Shown piece by piece: positions 48,641-63,283 of a stretch of 64,000 nucleotides of DNA. The position numbers and the translations under genes are program-made. The stretch covers positions 3,038,001 through 3,102,000 of the forward strand of contig OZ116699.1 in the NCBI GenBank assembly GCA_964199315.1, read 5' to 3'. Under the pieces are notes generated by a model that was not told the DNA's origin, searched no databases, and was given only the letters and a program-made list of their open reading frames with translations. The stretch comes from Orbicella franksi (taxonomy: Eukaryota). How positions within the stretch are numbered: position 1 is the first letter of the stretch; each line of letters opens with the position of its first letter.

Positions 48641-51600
48641 CTATGTAACTATATATAGTTAGTCAAGCTAAGCTAGCACTTTAATGTGATCTTGAATCCA
48701 TTCTAGCAAATTACTTCTTAACCGAATGTAACTTTTAATATTTTGATACTTTTTATATTGTTTGATAAGTTTTGCTTAGTTTTGACAGATTTTGCTATTT
48801 TTAATCTTCATTTAGAGCCTATATCAATTTGTAAATGTAGACAACTTCTAGATGTAGATTACGCAGGATAGATTTAACCAATGTGCCCTGCACTACTCCA
48901 CCACCTGAAACTCCGACAGCCAATCTGCCACATTTGAACTTGGCCAAAGTGGCATAACTTAAGACCAACCTTTTAGAACATGACGAATCCCACCACATCA
49001 TTTTGAAACAGGAGGAAGACTTTACTGAGGTATGTATACCTGTCCGTATACAAGTTTGCACCCCAAAGAAAATGCAAAAAGTGGTTTGGATGGGAGTTCA
49101 GTGTTGAATATGAGATTGCTCTTCCTACATTGCAATGGCTCTACTGATAAAGAGATCCCAAGGCTGCTTGTCTGTGGCCTGTTGTTTAATCAGCTGCAGA
49201 GACATAACAAATGGCTTGTTTCTTAGAGAAAGATGAAGTGCCAGCAGAACAGCTGGTTTGCCTACTGAATGACACCACCCCAAACAAAGCACTAAGCCTT
49301 CGTCCAGCCAAAACAGCCTCATACCTGCCGAGGCATAATTTTGACACTAACCCAGACATTGTGTACACCGACCCAACAAGAGTGATGAAGAGTTTGAATG
49401 CGATGAGAGTAGAGAATTCCATTCCTGGATTTAGAAGAAATGTGAAAAAGAAGATATCTTGGACATTATACTCCTGCATAACAACATGGAGCAACATTGC
49501 GATTCTTTTGTATTTCCATGACAATTTTATACCTTTTTGAAATAATTTTCTTACGTTTCATACTCATTTGATTGAATGTATTATAGGTTAGAGACAACAG
49601 CAACATTTCTGAAGAATGATACTCCAGATAGTTTGAATTTTGGTGAACGTTTTTACCAGTTTCAAACATTTTGTACACTTCCTTCAATAGCAGAATGATC
49701 TCCAGTAATATTACTGGTTTATGCAATTATATATATGAGAGGAAAATTTTTTTCTCTTCCCATACACTAATTTATTAGGGACATTACCTGTCAATTCGGT
49801 CATGCCAATTGCCGACATCAGCAAAGTGTTTAGTTACAAACACTCCACAAACATCAAGGTCCTACATTGTATCTTATCTCACTGTATCTCACTGGTTCCA
49901 ATCATCAGAAGCATTTGTCAAAAACAATACTTTACAATTACCACCATCACCAAAATGTTTAGTTACATCTACTTCAAGAACATCACACTTCTACATTGTG
50001 TCTCATCTTAATTTGTCTCCCTGGTTTCACTCAGCATAAGAATTTCTCAGAAACATTACTTGCCGTCATTTCTGCCAATTACCACCATCGACTGAATGTT
50101 TAGTTGTACACGCTCCATGAACATCAAGGTTCTGCAGTACAAGTGTATCTCATCCTCAAGACATTCAACACTATTACCTGGGAATACCAATTGTTTTGAC
50201 ATGTAACAATCAAAACATTGCCAAAGCACATTTCGATCAGTTTGGGTCACCTCTTGTCCACAATCTTAAAATCTCTTTGTTCACCATTGTTTGATTATAG
50301 TATTTGCAATGTTCATTTCTTGTTTATTTATATAGTTGTGTTGAAACTCTCAATTCATTGTTTACTTTTTGTGCCTAAATGTAAGTTAATCAAGGTTAAC
50401 CTTGCATTTCCTCCCACCCGTGGACTTAGGTACACACACACAGACATTTCTGGCCTGTGACAACCCAAGCCTTGGTCAGGAAGGTTATTTGACAAAGATA
50501 GTTTCTGGGTATCTGTTCTAATAAAGTTAGTTGGTAAAAGATGTATCGTTATTTCAGATTTATTGGCAAGTAAAGCGAAGCTAGTTAGATGAGTTCTATT
50601 CTGGTAAAGAACGATGATTTTATACGATGCCAGTTGCCTAAAAACAGGGATGTGGTCTATGTCATGGAGATGGCGAGAGGGAAAATTATCGTTTTAATGT
50701 TCCGCTGCTCTTTGTCAAGTCATCCAAACCTGTTTTTTGGTCAATGAGGAGTTTTGTAAGGATCAGTGAATGTTAAATGAGAAGCTATCCATTGATTTCA
50801 GTCCATAATCAATGACAATTCAGATTAAATAATAACTATTACTGTAGTTTATTAGACGTGTAGTTTACAAACTATGAACTAAAATTTCATTGGTTTTAAA
50901 GTGATGAACAATAATTGCCATCTCACCCTGATGACCTTTAAATCTTTCACATGTGTGCAATTTGGAGATATTTGTGCACATCCAGGTAGCTGGTGCAATC
51001 AAAAAAATAATTTTCCAACTCTGGAAGTATGCAAAATGATTTCATATTTGCCTTAGGTGGCTTCATAATGTATGTATCATGTATATTATTGCAGTACGTA
51101 AGTTCTATTTTCAAGTTCTCATACAGCCATGAATTTGAGCAGAATCTTGAGCGGTGTCACTGAAACCACATGTACATGTAGAATTTAGTTGATTCAGAAA
51201 GACAAAATGTCATGAACCAACTGGAGACAAATTCAATCATAGCTATTATAGTTTTATCCATAATTAAATGTGGTTAAATGCAATTTAAGCTAAGTTAAAC
51301 ACGAAACAATACTGGTCACGGTCTCCCCTGTTGTAAACATACGCAGTGGTTGGGGTTTGCAAGGGGTCGTGTGGTTTTACAGCTCGGCTTTTGAGGTCAG
51401 CTCATTCTCACGTGCATTCTTGCCTTTTCGGCAGTGATTGGCGACTTCGCTTGCTTGCCTTCTTGTGATGGGTTCGCGTGGTACGAATAATAGCCTACAA
51501 ACCGCTCCGGTGTTCCCGACGGCTTCGTCTTGAGGAGAGGCTTCATTGCATCAGGTGATGCCTTCGACTGACTCGACTGGTGGGAATGTCTTGCTGTCCA

Positions 51601-52677
51601 ATTCTTTGCACATCTCGCAAGCTGGCGTTCAACCGGCCGGACTGGCGACTCCCGGAATTTCGCCAGAACTGGTTGCCCTAATTTAGTTTTGGCTGTAGAT
51701 CTGAGTAAACACCTCTTTCATGTACTCCTTTTAAGTCAACTTCCCTTGATCTCCCAATTCAAATCCCTCTCGTTCTGTTTTGCAAATGAATAGTACTCCC
51801 GTTCATGACAATGTACAGTTAGTTGTAGCTCTCATTACCACTGTTCCTCTTCTGTTGAAGAACATCTCCTTCAGAATACCACTTTTTTACCATGACCACA
51901 AGTCATGTCATCATTTTGTTCCATTTTCATCAATATAACCATGTAAGATTCTGGAATGCTTTTAACATGCACTATCATTCATAATGCAAAAGACACATGC
52001 CTCCACAAAATGCATAAATTACTCCAGGCCTATAGGGAAGAAATATGGGCATTGGCTTACAGTCTTCGTCAGTATTTGAAGAAAATGATATCTCGTTCTG
52101 ATCCATCGTCACAAGTTCCAATTTCCAAGGAGAGGTGCAAAAGAAGTGTGCCTCAAAAAAGTGCATAAATTACACCAGGCCTAAAGGGAATAAATAAGGG
52201 TACTGCACGCAGTCTTCAACAGTATTTAAAGGATGTATTTTGATATCTCATTCAGATCCATCGTCACAAGTTTCGAGTTCCAAGGATGAGATCAGTATTC
52301 TAAGTTATAATTTCACAGTTCCCAAAATGTTCTTTGGGTCTAATCCTCAAGGTCAAAGCTCCAAATTAACAAAATCCTTAAGTTGCCATTTGGCGGCTAC
52401 GTGGTCAAAAATAGTCGCTAAATGTAAATTTTTACTCGCAAAATCAAACAGAAGAGACAATCCATAGACATACATGATGTACTCAATGCTCAAGGGTTTG
52501 CAATGCATTATACATGTTGGGCAATTTCGAACAGGGATAGCCATTTTGACGTTTTCGAGAGAGTCCTTTAATTTAGTGTGCCTTAGAATACTCAAACATG
52601 GCGATCCAGTTGGCGATCAAAGAATCGTGGGTTTGTTTTATTATATCTATTCAAATTAATTGTCTTTCATCCACAAG

Positions 52678-52926
52678 TGTTGTAAATAAGTTAGGGACTG
52701 GAGCTGGTTTGACCTGCGAGGTCTGAGTCGAGTCTCGTGATTGACACTTGAAAAACGTGTGCAAGAAAGGAATCGAAGAGAACGGAAGGGAGTCTAGCGT
52801 GGACATTGATCTATCTCTGTATTACGAAAAATATCTATCGGAACACGGAATTAACTCTTAGAACAACATTGTCATATCTCGGAATCTATCAAAGGATCAA
52901 AATAAAGAGTATCGATCGATACAACA
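52678..52926. mobile_element. Solo LTR (249 bp) with 5-bp TSD
   Basis: TGTTGTA...TACAACA termini, ACAAG TSD (52673-52677 and 52927-52931), and AATAAA. The empty site is visible at about 60413-60420, 54773-54781 and 62301-62307. Confidence 0.9.
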
Positions 52927-54172
52927 ACAAGTAATGTTCTTTTTCCTTTGAGATTACTGTTAGCCCTTTTAATTTAGGCAGTCAAGGTAAAACCTAGTCG
53001 TAAATTGGCGACTACTCTCGTTTTCCTAGTCGCAAATGCGACTGTATTGGTCGCAATGTCAAGCCCTCAAGGATCATTCACAGTTTTCTCCATTTTGTTT
53101 TCTCACCTAAATCCTGTTTTTTCTGTTGAATGAATGAATGAAACACTTTATTTACGTGTCAAAGAGCATTTAGCTGTAAAAAAAACTAAATTGGTTGTAC
53201 TACTCACTGAAACCTATGGAGGCCAAGCTTCATTTGTGCCTGATGCTGATTATCTTGGAGACCCTAACCATATAGGGTGCACTCCCAAGAAACAAGAACA
53301 AGAACCCTTTGCAAGTCTTTGCCAGGCAACCATACACAATTTGAACAATTCTCAAAGATCCTGAAGATGTTTTTTGAGGCTTAAAACAATGTGAAAGATA
53401 AATTTTAGGTAACAAATAATAATTTTACTACACTCACAGTAGGAAACAAAAAACCTTGAGGTTAACAGTCTTAATAGCCAATTAAGGTTATTTCGGGCAA
53501 CCCTGTACAGTACTCTTTACATTAATTGATTTTTGTTCATGTAACTCTAATTTCTATGTTGAGTACAATAAAGTTGTTGTTAAACAAACATGTGTTAGAC
53601 TTTGTAGAAAGGAGGATTTTTTTGCAAATGCAACCACTGTTAACTACACGTACTTTGATGAATACCTTTGCAAGTTTAGAATCATATTTATTGAATTATG
53701 TGTACATAATAGTTTTTCAATTTGGGAGCATTAAGCTCAGTAACTCTGAAAAAGCGTGTTTGTTTTTTTAGAGATACAGTACATGTAATAAGGATGTATA
53801 AGTCAAAACTGCAACAGTTAATGTATTAATCACCCCCCTCCCCATCTCCCAAAATAGGTCTGGGGGACGAAAAAAGAAGCAGGCAACTTTCTTTTCTAGT
53901 TAATATTTCACTAAAGGTAGAGCATTCAATTCTCTTCATACTGATGCTTTATGGACAAAACCTTATACATCAGTGTAAAAGAGGCATTAATTTCTCCCCA
54001 GGAGTTTTCGGGATAAGCAATATTTCACCCGTTCCACACATTGTAGCAATTACTTTTCTAGAGTGAGTGAGTGAATGAGTGGGTGATTGCCAGAAAATAT
54101 TTTAGTTTTCAAAATGGCATTCCTTTTCGTCCCGTTCATTTCAGTTTAATCACTTGAACTCTGTTATTTCAG

Positions 54173-54631
54173 TGCAATGTCCTTTGGAAGCAGCAGCAGA
54201 TCAGGGAAATCAGCTTTTAAAATGATCCATGTCTCCAATAAGAGAGGTACATCAGTTGCCAACTTCCCTTCATGTTGGTCAGCTCCAACAAGTTCCAAGG
54301 ATGGGGAGGAATTAGCGAGATGGCACAAGATGACTGCGCTGCTTGCATGTCATGGAGAGGTGAGGAAGAATCCGATGGTGAAGCATTGTCCATGCCATCC
54401 CAAAAACGCAGAGAACAGTTATGCATAAATGGGGAGGCATTAAGAGTGCCCCTACTACAGTCATCTATCAGGATGGAAGGTCTCATTCCGCTTAAATATG
54501 TTAGGGGTGACAGTGATAGGGATGATCAAACTTGGTGCTGGGATTGTAGCTTTGGTGCATATTATTGCATCAAGTGCTGCAATGAATTGCACAGACTGAA
54601 ACATCCGTTCTATTCGCCACAAGCGCTTAAG
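54173..54631 (+). pseudogene. CxC3-like cysteine-cluster exon, copy 1
   Basis: CWDCSFGAYYCIKCCNELHRLKHPFYSP, AG acceptor and GTGAGT donor. There are stops in the 5' part. Confidence 0.65.
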
Positions 54632-56014
54632 GTGAGTGTGTTTCGTATTTTCACGTTAACAAAATTCATTTTCATGCTTTGAAGACATTAAATTTTATAC
54701 GGGATACTGAATATTAAGAAGAATATCAATGGCTATCAAAGGAGATAAGTGTAGTGAAATTGTGTCTTTCATCCACATGTAATGTTCTTTTTCCTTTGAG
54801 ATTACTGCTAGCCCTTTTAATTTGTGTCAGTCAAGGCAAAACCTAGTCCCAAATTGGCGACTACTCTCGTTTTCCTAGTTGCATATGCGACTGTGTTGGT
54901 CGCAATGTCAAGCCCTCAAGGATCATTCACAATTTTCTCCATTTTGTTTTCTCACCTAAATCTTGTTTTTTTTTTTTCTGTTGAATGAAAGAATGAAACA
55001 CTTTATTTCAGTATCAAAGAGAATTTAGCTGTAAAAAAAAACTAAATTGGTTGTACTACTTACTGAACGCTATGGAGGCCAAGCTTCATTTGCGCCTGAT
55101 GTTGATTATCTTGGAGACCCTAACCATATAGGGTGCACTCCCAACAAACAAGAAGAAGAACCCTTTGCAAGTCTTTGTCAGGCAACCATGCACAATTTCA
55201 ACAATTCGCAAAGATCCTGAAGATGTTTTTTGAGGCGTAAAACAATGTGAAAGATAAATTTTAGGTAAAAAATAATTTTACTAAGCTCACAGTAAGAAAC
55301 AAAAAAACTTGAAGTTAACAGTCTTCATAGCCCATTAAGGTTATTTCGGGCAACCAAGTACAGTACTCTTTATTTTAACTGATTTTTGTTCATATAACTC
55401 TAATTTCTATGTTGAGTACAATAAAGTTGTTGTTAAACATAGGTTAGACTTTGTAGAGAGGAGGATTTTTTTGCAAATGCAACCAATGTTAACTACACGT
55501 ACTTTGATGAATACCTTTGCAAGTTTAGAATCATATTTATTGAATATGTGTACATCATAGTTTTTCAATTTGGGAGCATTAAGCTCAGTAACTCCGAAAA
55601 AGCTTTTCTGTTTTTTTAGAGATACAGTATATGTAATAAGGATGTATAAGTCAAAACTGCAACAGTTAATGTAAATCACCCTCCTCCCCATCTCCCAAAA
55701 TAGGTCTGGGGAAGGACAAAAGAAGCAGAGAACTTTCATTTCTAGTTAATAGTTCACTAAAGGTAGAGCATTCAATTCTCTTCATACTGATGCTTTATGG
55801 ACAAAACCTTATACATCAGTGTAAAAGAGGCACTAATTTCTCCCCAGGAGTTTTTGGGATATGCAATATTTCACCCGTCCCACACCTTGTAGCAATTACT
55901 TTTCTAGAGTGAGTGGGTGAGTGGGTGATTGCCAGAAAATATTTTAGTTTTCAAAATGGCGTTCGTTTTCGTCCCATTTATTTCAGTTTAATCACTTGAA
56001 CTCTGCTATTTCAG

Positions 56015-56470
56015 TGCAATGTCCTTTGGAAGCAGCAAGAGATCAGGGAAATCAGCTTTCAAAGTGATCCATGTCTCCAATAAGAGAAGTACATCAGTTG
56101 CCAACTTCCTTTCATGTTGGTCAGCTCCAACAAGTTCCAAGGATGGGAGGAATTTAGCGAGATGGCACAAGATGACTCAGCTGCACGCATGTCATGGAGA
56201 GGTGATAAGGAATCCGATGAAGCATTGCCCATGCCATACCAAAAATGCAGAGAACAGTTAAGCATAAATGGGGAGGCATTAAGAGTGCCCCTACTACAGT
56301 CATCTATCAGGATGGCAGTTTTCATCCCACTCAAATACGTTGGGGGTGACTATGACTGGGATGGTCAAACTTGGTGCTGGGATTGTAGCTTTGGTGCATA
56401 TTATTGCATCAAGTGCTGCAATGAATTGCACAGACTGAAACATCGGTTTTATTCGCCACAAGCGCTCAAG
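56015..56470 (+). pseudogene. CxC3-like exon, copy 2
   Basis: Same motif and splice sites. One upstream stop. Confidence 0.65.
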
Positions 56471-59400
56471 GTGAGTGTGTTTCGTATTTTCAAGTTAACA
56501 AAATTGATTTTCTCCTTCTTCAATGGAGCCTCGAAAAAAGAAGCTTCCTCTTTTGCAACATTGTGCCTCACAATGAAAACCCTTCAAACATTTTATTGTG
56601 TTTGAATGTAACCAATAAATCTTTAGAGGTGAAAATTTTATTCTTTTTCCATTTTCATAGTACTTGGGACGCAACAAAACGTTCAAAGTTTTCGAGGGTG
56701 ATGACTTGGGACTTGAGCACCCCGCGCCATGGGGACTTGAACAACTAAAAAACCTCAAAACTTCAACGCTCTCAGGTTGAGGTTTTCAGTATGGGAGAGG
56801 ATGTCATACTCGATAAGTCTTGAGGCAGTTCCCCTGGGAATGTCTTTTACCGATACGCTGTTAAACACAATTTTAATGTTTCAAGTAAAATTAAAGAACA
56901 ACTTACCATTCAACTTTCTGTAATCCTACTTCCTCGCCAAGACACCACCCAAAACAAAGCACTAAGCCTTCGTCCAGCCATAACAGCCTTGTACCTGCCG
57001 AGGTATAATTTTGACACTAACCCAGACATTGTGTACACCGACCCAACAAGAGTGATGAAGAGTTTGCAGATGATGAGAGTAGAGAATTCCATTCCTGGAT
57101 TTAGAAGAAATGTGAAACAGAAGGCATCTTGGACATTATACTCCTGCACAACAACACGGAGCAACATCGCGATTCTGTTGTATTTTCATGACAATTTTAT
57201 AACTTTTTCAAATAATTTTATTATGTTTCGTATTCATTTGATTGGATGTATTATAAGTTAGAGACAACAGCAACATTTCTGATGAATGACACTCCAGATA
57301 TTTTGAATTTTGGTGAAAGTTTTTTTACCAGTTTCAAACATTTTGTACACTTCCTTCGATAGCAAAACAATCTCCAGTAATATCACTGGTAAATATGCAA
57401 GTATATATATGTGAGGGAATTTTTTCTCATCCCATACACTAATTTACTAGGGACATTACTTGTCAATTCAGTCCTGTCAATTACCGACATCAGCAAAGTG
57501 TTTAGTTGAAAACACTCCACGAACATCAAGGTCCTACATTGTATCTTATCTCAGTGTATCTCACTGGTTCCAGTCATCAGAAGGATTTGTCAGCAACAAT
57601 ACTTGCCAGTTACCACCATCACCAACACGTTTAGTTACACACACTCCAAGAACATCAAGGTCCTACATTGTATCTCATCTTAATTTCTCTCCCTGGTTTC
57701 ACTCAGCATAAGAATTTCTCAGAAAAAATCACTTGCCATCATTTCTGCCAATTACCACCATCAACTGAATGTTTAGTTGTACACGCTCCATGAACATCAA
57801 GGTTCTGCAGTACAAGTGTATCTCATCCTCAAGACATTCAACACTATTACCTGGGAATACCAATTGTTTTGACATGTAACAATCAAAACATTGCCAAAGC
57901 ACATTTCGATCAGTTTGGGTCACCTCTTGTCCACAATCTTAAACCTCTTTGTTCACCATTGTTTGATTATAGTATTTGCAACGTTCATTTCTTGTTTATT
58001 TATATAGTTGTGTTGAAACTCTCTCGATTTATTGTTTACTTTTTGTGCCTAAATCTAAGTTAATCAAGGTTAACCTTGCATTTCCTCCAACCCCTGGACT
58101 TCGGCACACACACAGAGACATTTCTGGCCTATCACAACCCAGACCTTGGCCAGGAAGCTTATTTGACAATGATAGTTTCTGGGTATCTGTTCTAATGAAG
58201 TTAGTTGGTAAAAAATGTATTTTTATTTCAGATTTATTGGCAAGTGAAGCAAAGCTAGTTAGATGGGTTCTATTCTGGTAGAGAACAATGATTTTATATG
58301 ATGCCAGTTGCCTGAAAACAGGGATGTGGTCTATGTCATGGATATGGCGAGAGGGAAAATTATCGTTTTAATGTTCCGCTGCTCTTTGTCAAGTCATCCA
58401 AACCTGTTTTTTGGTCAATGAGGAGTTTTGTAAGGATCAGTGAATGTTAAATGAGAAGCTATCCATTGATTTCAGTCCACAATCAATGACAATTCAGATT
58501 AAATAATAACTATTACTGTAGTTTATTAGACGTGTAGTTTACAAACTATGAACTAAAATTTCATTGGTTTTAAAGTGATGAACAATAATTGCCATCTCAC
58601 CCTGATGACCTTTAAATCTTTCACGTGTGTGCAATTTGGAGATATTTGTGCACCACCAGATAGCTGGTGCAATAAAAAAAAATATTTTCCAACTCTGGAA
58701 GTATGCAAAATGATTTCATATTTGCCTTAGGTGGCTTCATAATGTATGTATCATGTATATTATTGCAGTACGTGAGCTCTATTTTCAAGTTCTCGTACAA
58801 CCATGAATTTGAGCAGAATCTTGAGCAGTGTCACTGAAACCACATGTAAATGTAGAACTTAGTTGATTCAGAAAGACAAAATGTCATGAACCAACTGGAG
58901 ACAAATTCAATCATAGCTATTATAGTTTTATCGAAAATTAATACACTATTTTACAATAGAATAATTGTCTATGTTCAAAGGCGCCCAAAGGCAATAATAA
59001 GTACAACTGATTTTTCATCTGTGTTCATGGACACATTTCACCCTTGGAAAATTTTCCCAAGTTACTTGATTAGTTAATTATTAAGCTTTGTTTCCCTTGC
59101 TGAATACTTTTTAAACAAAATTTCATGCATGCACAATAATTTATTATCTTTTCATTCAGTTTTCTACTTTAAATATTTTCCTGGGACTGAATATTGTTTA
59201 TCTTTTTTTTCACGTTTTTGTAAAGCACCATAAGATTTTAGACTTTAGGTTTTTGGCACTACAAAAATTAAGTGATAAATAATGCTTTTAATTATCATTT
59301 GGCATTCAACTTCCAATTGACTTCCTGTCATTTTAAAAAGCCAATATAACGTATAGTCGAGAAATCAATAGTCATTTGTGTAGAGGGCTGTAGATCTGAG

Positions 59401-61698
59401 TAAATACCTCTTTCATGTACTCCTTTTAAGTCAACTTCCCTTGATCTCCCAATTCAAATCCCTCTCGTTCTGTTTTGCAAATGAATGGTACTCCCATTCA
59501 TGACCATGTACAGCTAGTTGTAGCTCTCATTACCACTGTTCCTCTTCTGTTGAAGAACATCTCCTTCAGAATACCACTTTTTCTACCATGACCACACGTT
59601 ATGTCATCATTTTGTTCCACTTTCATCAATATAACCATGTAAGATTCTGGAATGCTTTTAACATGCACTAGTTATCATTCATGGTGCAAAAGACATATGC
59701 CTCAACAAAATGCATAAATTACTCCAGGCCTATAGGGAACAAATATGGGCATTAGCTTACAGTCTTCGTCAGTATTTGAAGAAAATGATATCTCGTTCTG
59801 ATCCATTGTCACAAGTTCCAATTTCCAAGGAGAGCTGCAAAAGACATGCGCCTCAAAAAAGTGCATAAATTACACCAGGTCTAAAAGGAATAACTAAGGA
59901 TACTGTCCCGCAGTCTTCAACAGTATTTAAAGGATGTATTTTGATATCTCACTCAGATCCATCGTCACAAGTTCCGAGTTCCAAGGAAAGGTAGGACATC
60001 AAAAACTGCGCCTGATCAGTATTTTAAGTTATAACTTCACAGATGTTCCCAAAATGTTCTTTGGGTCTGATCCTCAAGGACAAGGCTCGAAATTAACAAA
60101 ATCCTTAAGTCGCCAATTGGCCACTAAGTGGTCAAAAATAGTCGCTAAATGCAAATTTTTAGTCGCAAAATCAAATAGAAGAGACATAATCCATAGACAT
60201 ACATGACGCCCTCAATGCTCAAGGGTTTGCAATTTATTATACATGTAGGGCGATTTCGAACAGGGATAGCCATTTTAAAGTTTTCGAGAGATAGAGAGAG
60301 AGTCGTTTACTTTAGTGTGCCTTAGAATAATCAAACATGGCGATCCAGTTGACGATCAAAGAATCGTGCGTTTGTTTTATTATATCTACTCGAATAAATT
60401 GTGTCTTTCATCCACAAGTAACGTTCTTTTTCCTTTGAGATTACTGCTAGCCCTTTTAATTTGTGTCAGTCAAGGCAAAACCTAGTCGCACATGTGCGAC
60501 TACTCTCATTATTCTAGTCGCAAATAACTAAAGTTACGTCGCAAATGCGACTGTATTGGTCGCAATGTCAAGCCCTCAAGGATCATTCACAATTTTCTCC
60601 ATTTTGTTTTCTCACCTAAATCCTGTTTTTTGTTTTTTTGTTTTTTTTTTTTCTGTTGAATGAATGAATGGATGAAACACTTTATTTCAGTGTCAAAGAG
60701 TATTTAGCTGTAAAAAAAACCAAATTGGTTGTACTACTTACTGAAAGCTATGGAGACCAAGCTTCATTTGTGCCTGATTTTGATTATCCTGGAGACCCTA
60801 ACCATATAGGGTGCACTCCCAAGAAACAAGAACAAGAACTCTTTGTAAGTCTTTGCCAGGCAACCATGCACAATTTCAACAATTCGCAAAGATCCTGAAG
60901 ATGTTTTTTGAGGCTTAAAACGATGTGAAAGGTAAATTTCAGGTAAAAAATAATAATTTTACTAAGCTCACAGTAGGAAACAAAAAACTTGAGGTCAACA
61001 GTCTTAATAGCTCATTAAGGTTATTTCGGGCAACCCTGTACAGTACTCTTTATTTTAATTGATTTTTGTTCATATGACTCTAATTTCTATGTTGACTACA
61101 ATAAAGTTTTTGTTAAACAAACATATCTTAGACTTTGCAGAAAGGAAGATTTTTTTTCAAATGCTACTAATGTTAACTATACGTACTTTGATGAACACCT
61201 TTGCAAGTTTAGAATCAAATTTATTGAATTATGTGTACATAATAGTTTTTCAATTTGGGAACATTAAGCTCAGTAATTCTGAAAAAGCGTTTTTGTTTTT
61301 TTAGAGATACAGTACATGTAATAAGGATGTATAAGTCAAAACTGCAACAGTTAATGTAAATCACCCCCTCCCCATCTCCCAAAATAGGTCTCGGGAAGGA
61401 CAAAAGAAGCAGAGAACTTTCTTTTCTAGTTAATAGTTCACTAAAGGTAGAGCATTCAATTCTCTTCATACAGATGCTTTATGGACAAAACCTTATACAT
61501 CAGTGTAAAAGAGGCATTAATTTCTCCCCAGGAGTTTTTGGGATATGCAATATTTCACCCGTTCCACACATTGTACCAGTTACTTTTCTAGAGTGAGTGG
61601 GTGAGTGGGTGATTGCCAGAAAATATTTTAGTTTTCAAAATGGCATTCCTTTTCGTCCCGTTCATTTCAGTTTAATCACTTGAACTCTGCTATTTCAG

Positions 61699-62157
61699 TG
61701 CAATGTCCTTTGGAAGCAGCAAGAGATCAGGGAAATCAGCTTTTAAAATGATCCAAGTCTCCAATAAGAGAAGTACATCAGTTGCCAACTTCCCTTCGTG
61801 TTGGTCAGCTCCAACAAGTTTCAAAGATGGGGAGGAATTAGCGAGATGGCACAAGATGACTCAGCCGCTTGCATGTCATGGAGAGGTGATGAAGAATCCG
61901 ATGGTGAAGCATTGTCCATGCCATCCCAAAAACGCAGAGAACAGTTATGCATAAATGGGGAGGCATTAAGAGTGCCCCTACTACAGTCATCTATCAGGAT
62001 GGAAGGTCTCATTCCGCTTAAATATGTTAGGGGTGACAGTGATAGGGATGATCAAACTTGGTGCTGGGATTGTAGCTTTGGTGCATATTATTGCATCAAG
62101 TGCTGCAATGAATTGCACAGACTGAAACATCCGTTCTATTCGCCACAAGCGCTTAAG
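61699..62157 (+). pseudogene. CxC3-like exon, copy 3
   Basis: Near-identical to copy 1. Confidence 0.65.
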
Positions 62158-63283
62158 GTGAGTGTGTTTCGTATTTTCACGTTAACAAAATTGATTTTCA
62201 TGCTTTGAAAACATTAAATTTTATACGGGATACTGAATATTAAGGAGAATATCAATGGCTATCAAAGGAGATTAGTGTAGTGAAATTGTGTCTTTCATCC
62301 ACAAGTAATGTTCTTTTTCCTTTGAGATTACTGCTAGCCCTTTTAATTTGTGTCAGTCAAGGCAAAACCTAGTCCCAAATTGGCGACTACTCTTGTTTTC
62401 CTAGTTGCAAATGCGACTGTATTGGTCGCAATGTCAAGCCCTCAAGGATCATTCACAATTTTCTCCATTTTGTTTTCTCACCTAATTACTGTTTTTTCTG
62501 TTAAATGAATGAATGAAACACTTTATTTAAGTATCAAAGAGAATTTAGCTGTAAAAAAAACCAAATTGGTTGTACTACTTACTGAACGCTATGGAGGCCA
62601 AGCTTCATTTGCGCCTGATGTTGATTATCTTGGAGACCCTCACCATATAGGGTGCACTCCCAACAAACAAGAAGAAGAACCCTTTGCAAGTCTTTGCCAG
62701 GCAACCATGCACAATTTCAACAATTCGCAAAGATCCTGAAGATGTTTTTTGAGGCTTAAAACAATGTGATAGATAAATTTTAGGTAAAAAATAATTTTAC
62801 TAAGCTCACAGTAGGAAACAAAAAAACTTGAGGTTAACAGTCTTCATAGCCCATTAAGGTTATTTCGGGCAACCAAGTAAAGTACTCTTTATTTTAATTG
62901 ATTTTTGTTCATATAACTCTAATTTCTATGTTGAGTACAATAAAGTTGTTGTTAAACAAACACATGTTAGACTTTGTAGAAAGGAGGATTTTTTTGCAAA
63001 TGCAACCACTGTTAACTACACGTACTTTGATGAATACCTTTGCAAGTTTAGAATCATATTTATTGAATTATGTGTACAAAATAGTTTTTCAATTTGGGAG
63101 CATTAAGCTCAGTAACTCTGAAAACGCTTTTTTGTTTTTTTAGAGATACAGTGCATGTAATAAGGATGTATAAGTCAAAACTGCAACAGTTAATGTATTA
63201 ATCACCCCCCCTCCCCATCTCCCAAAATAGGTCTGGGGGAGGACAAAAGAAGCAGAGAACTTTCTTTGCTAGTTAATGATGCT

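Larger units (their letters stand above)
49271..56940 (+). repeat. Higher-order tandem repeat, copy 1 (7670 bp)
   Basis: GACACCACCC start at 49271 recurs at 56941, and modules are collinear throughout. Confidence 0.93.

Noticed and set aside
49186-49726. GPCR-like or ankyrin-like fragment in module M1 (GRYEAV; TLHHSCWVG)
   Set aside because: The motif spacing does not fit either family, and the frames are broken in both copies.
51975-52290. Helitron-like YLFPLG motif in the 150-bp repeat
   Set aside because: Seen in only one of the two units and one frame. There are no Rep or helicase motifs nearby.
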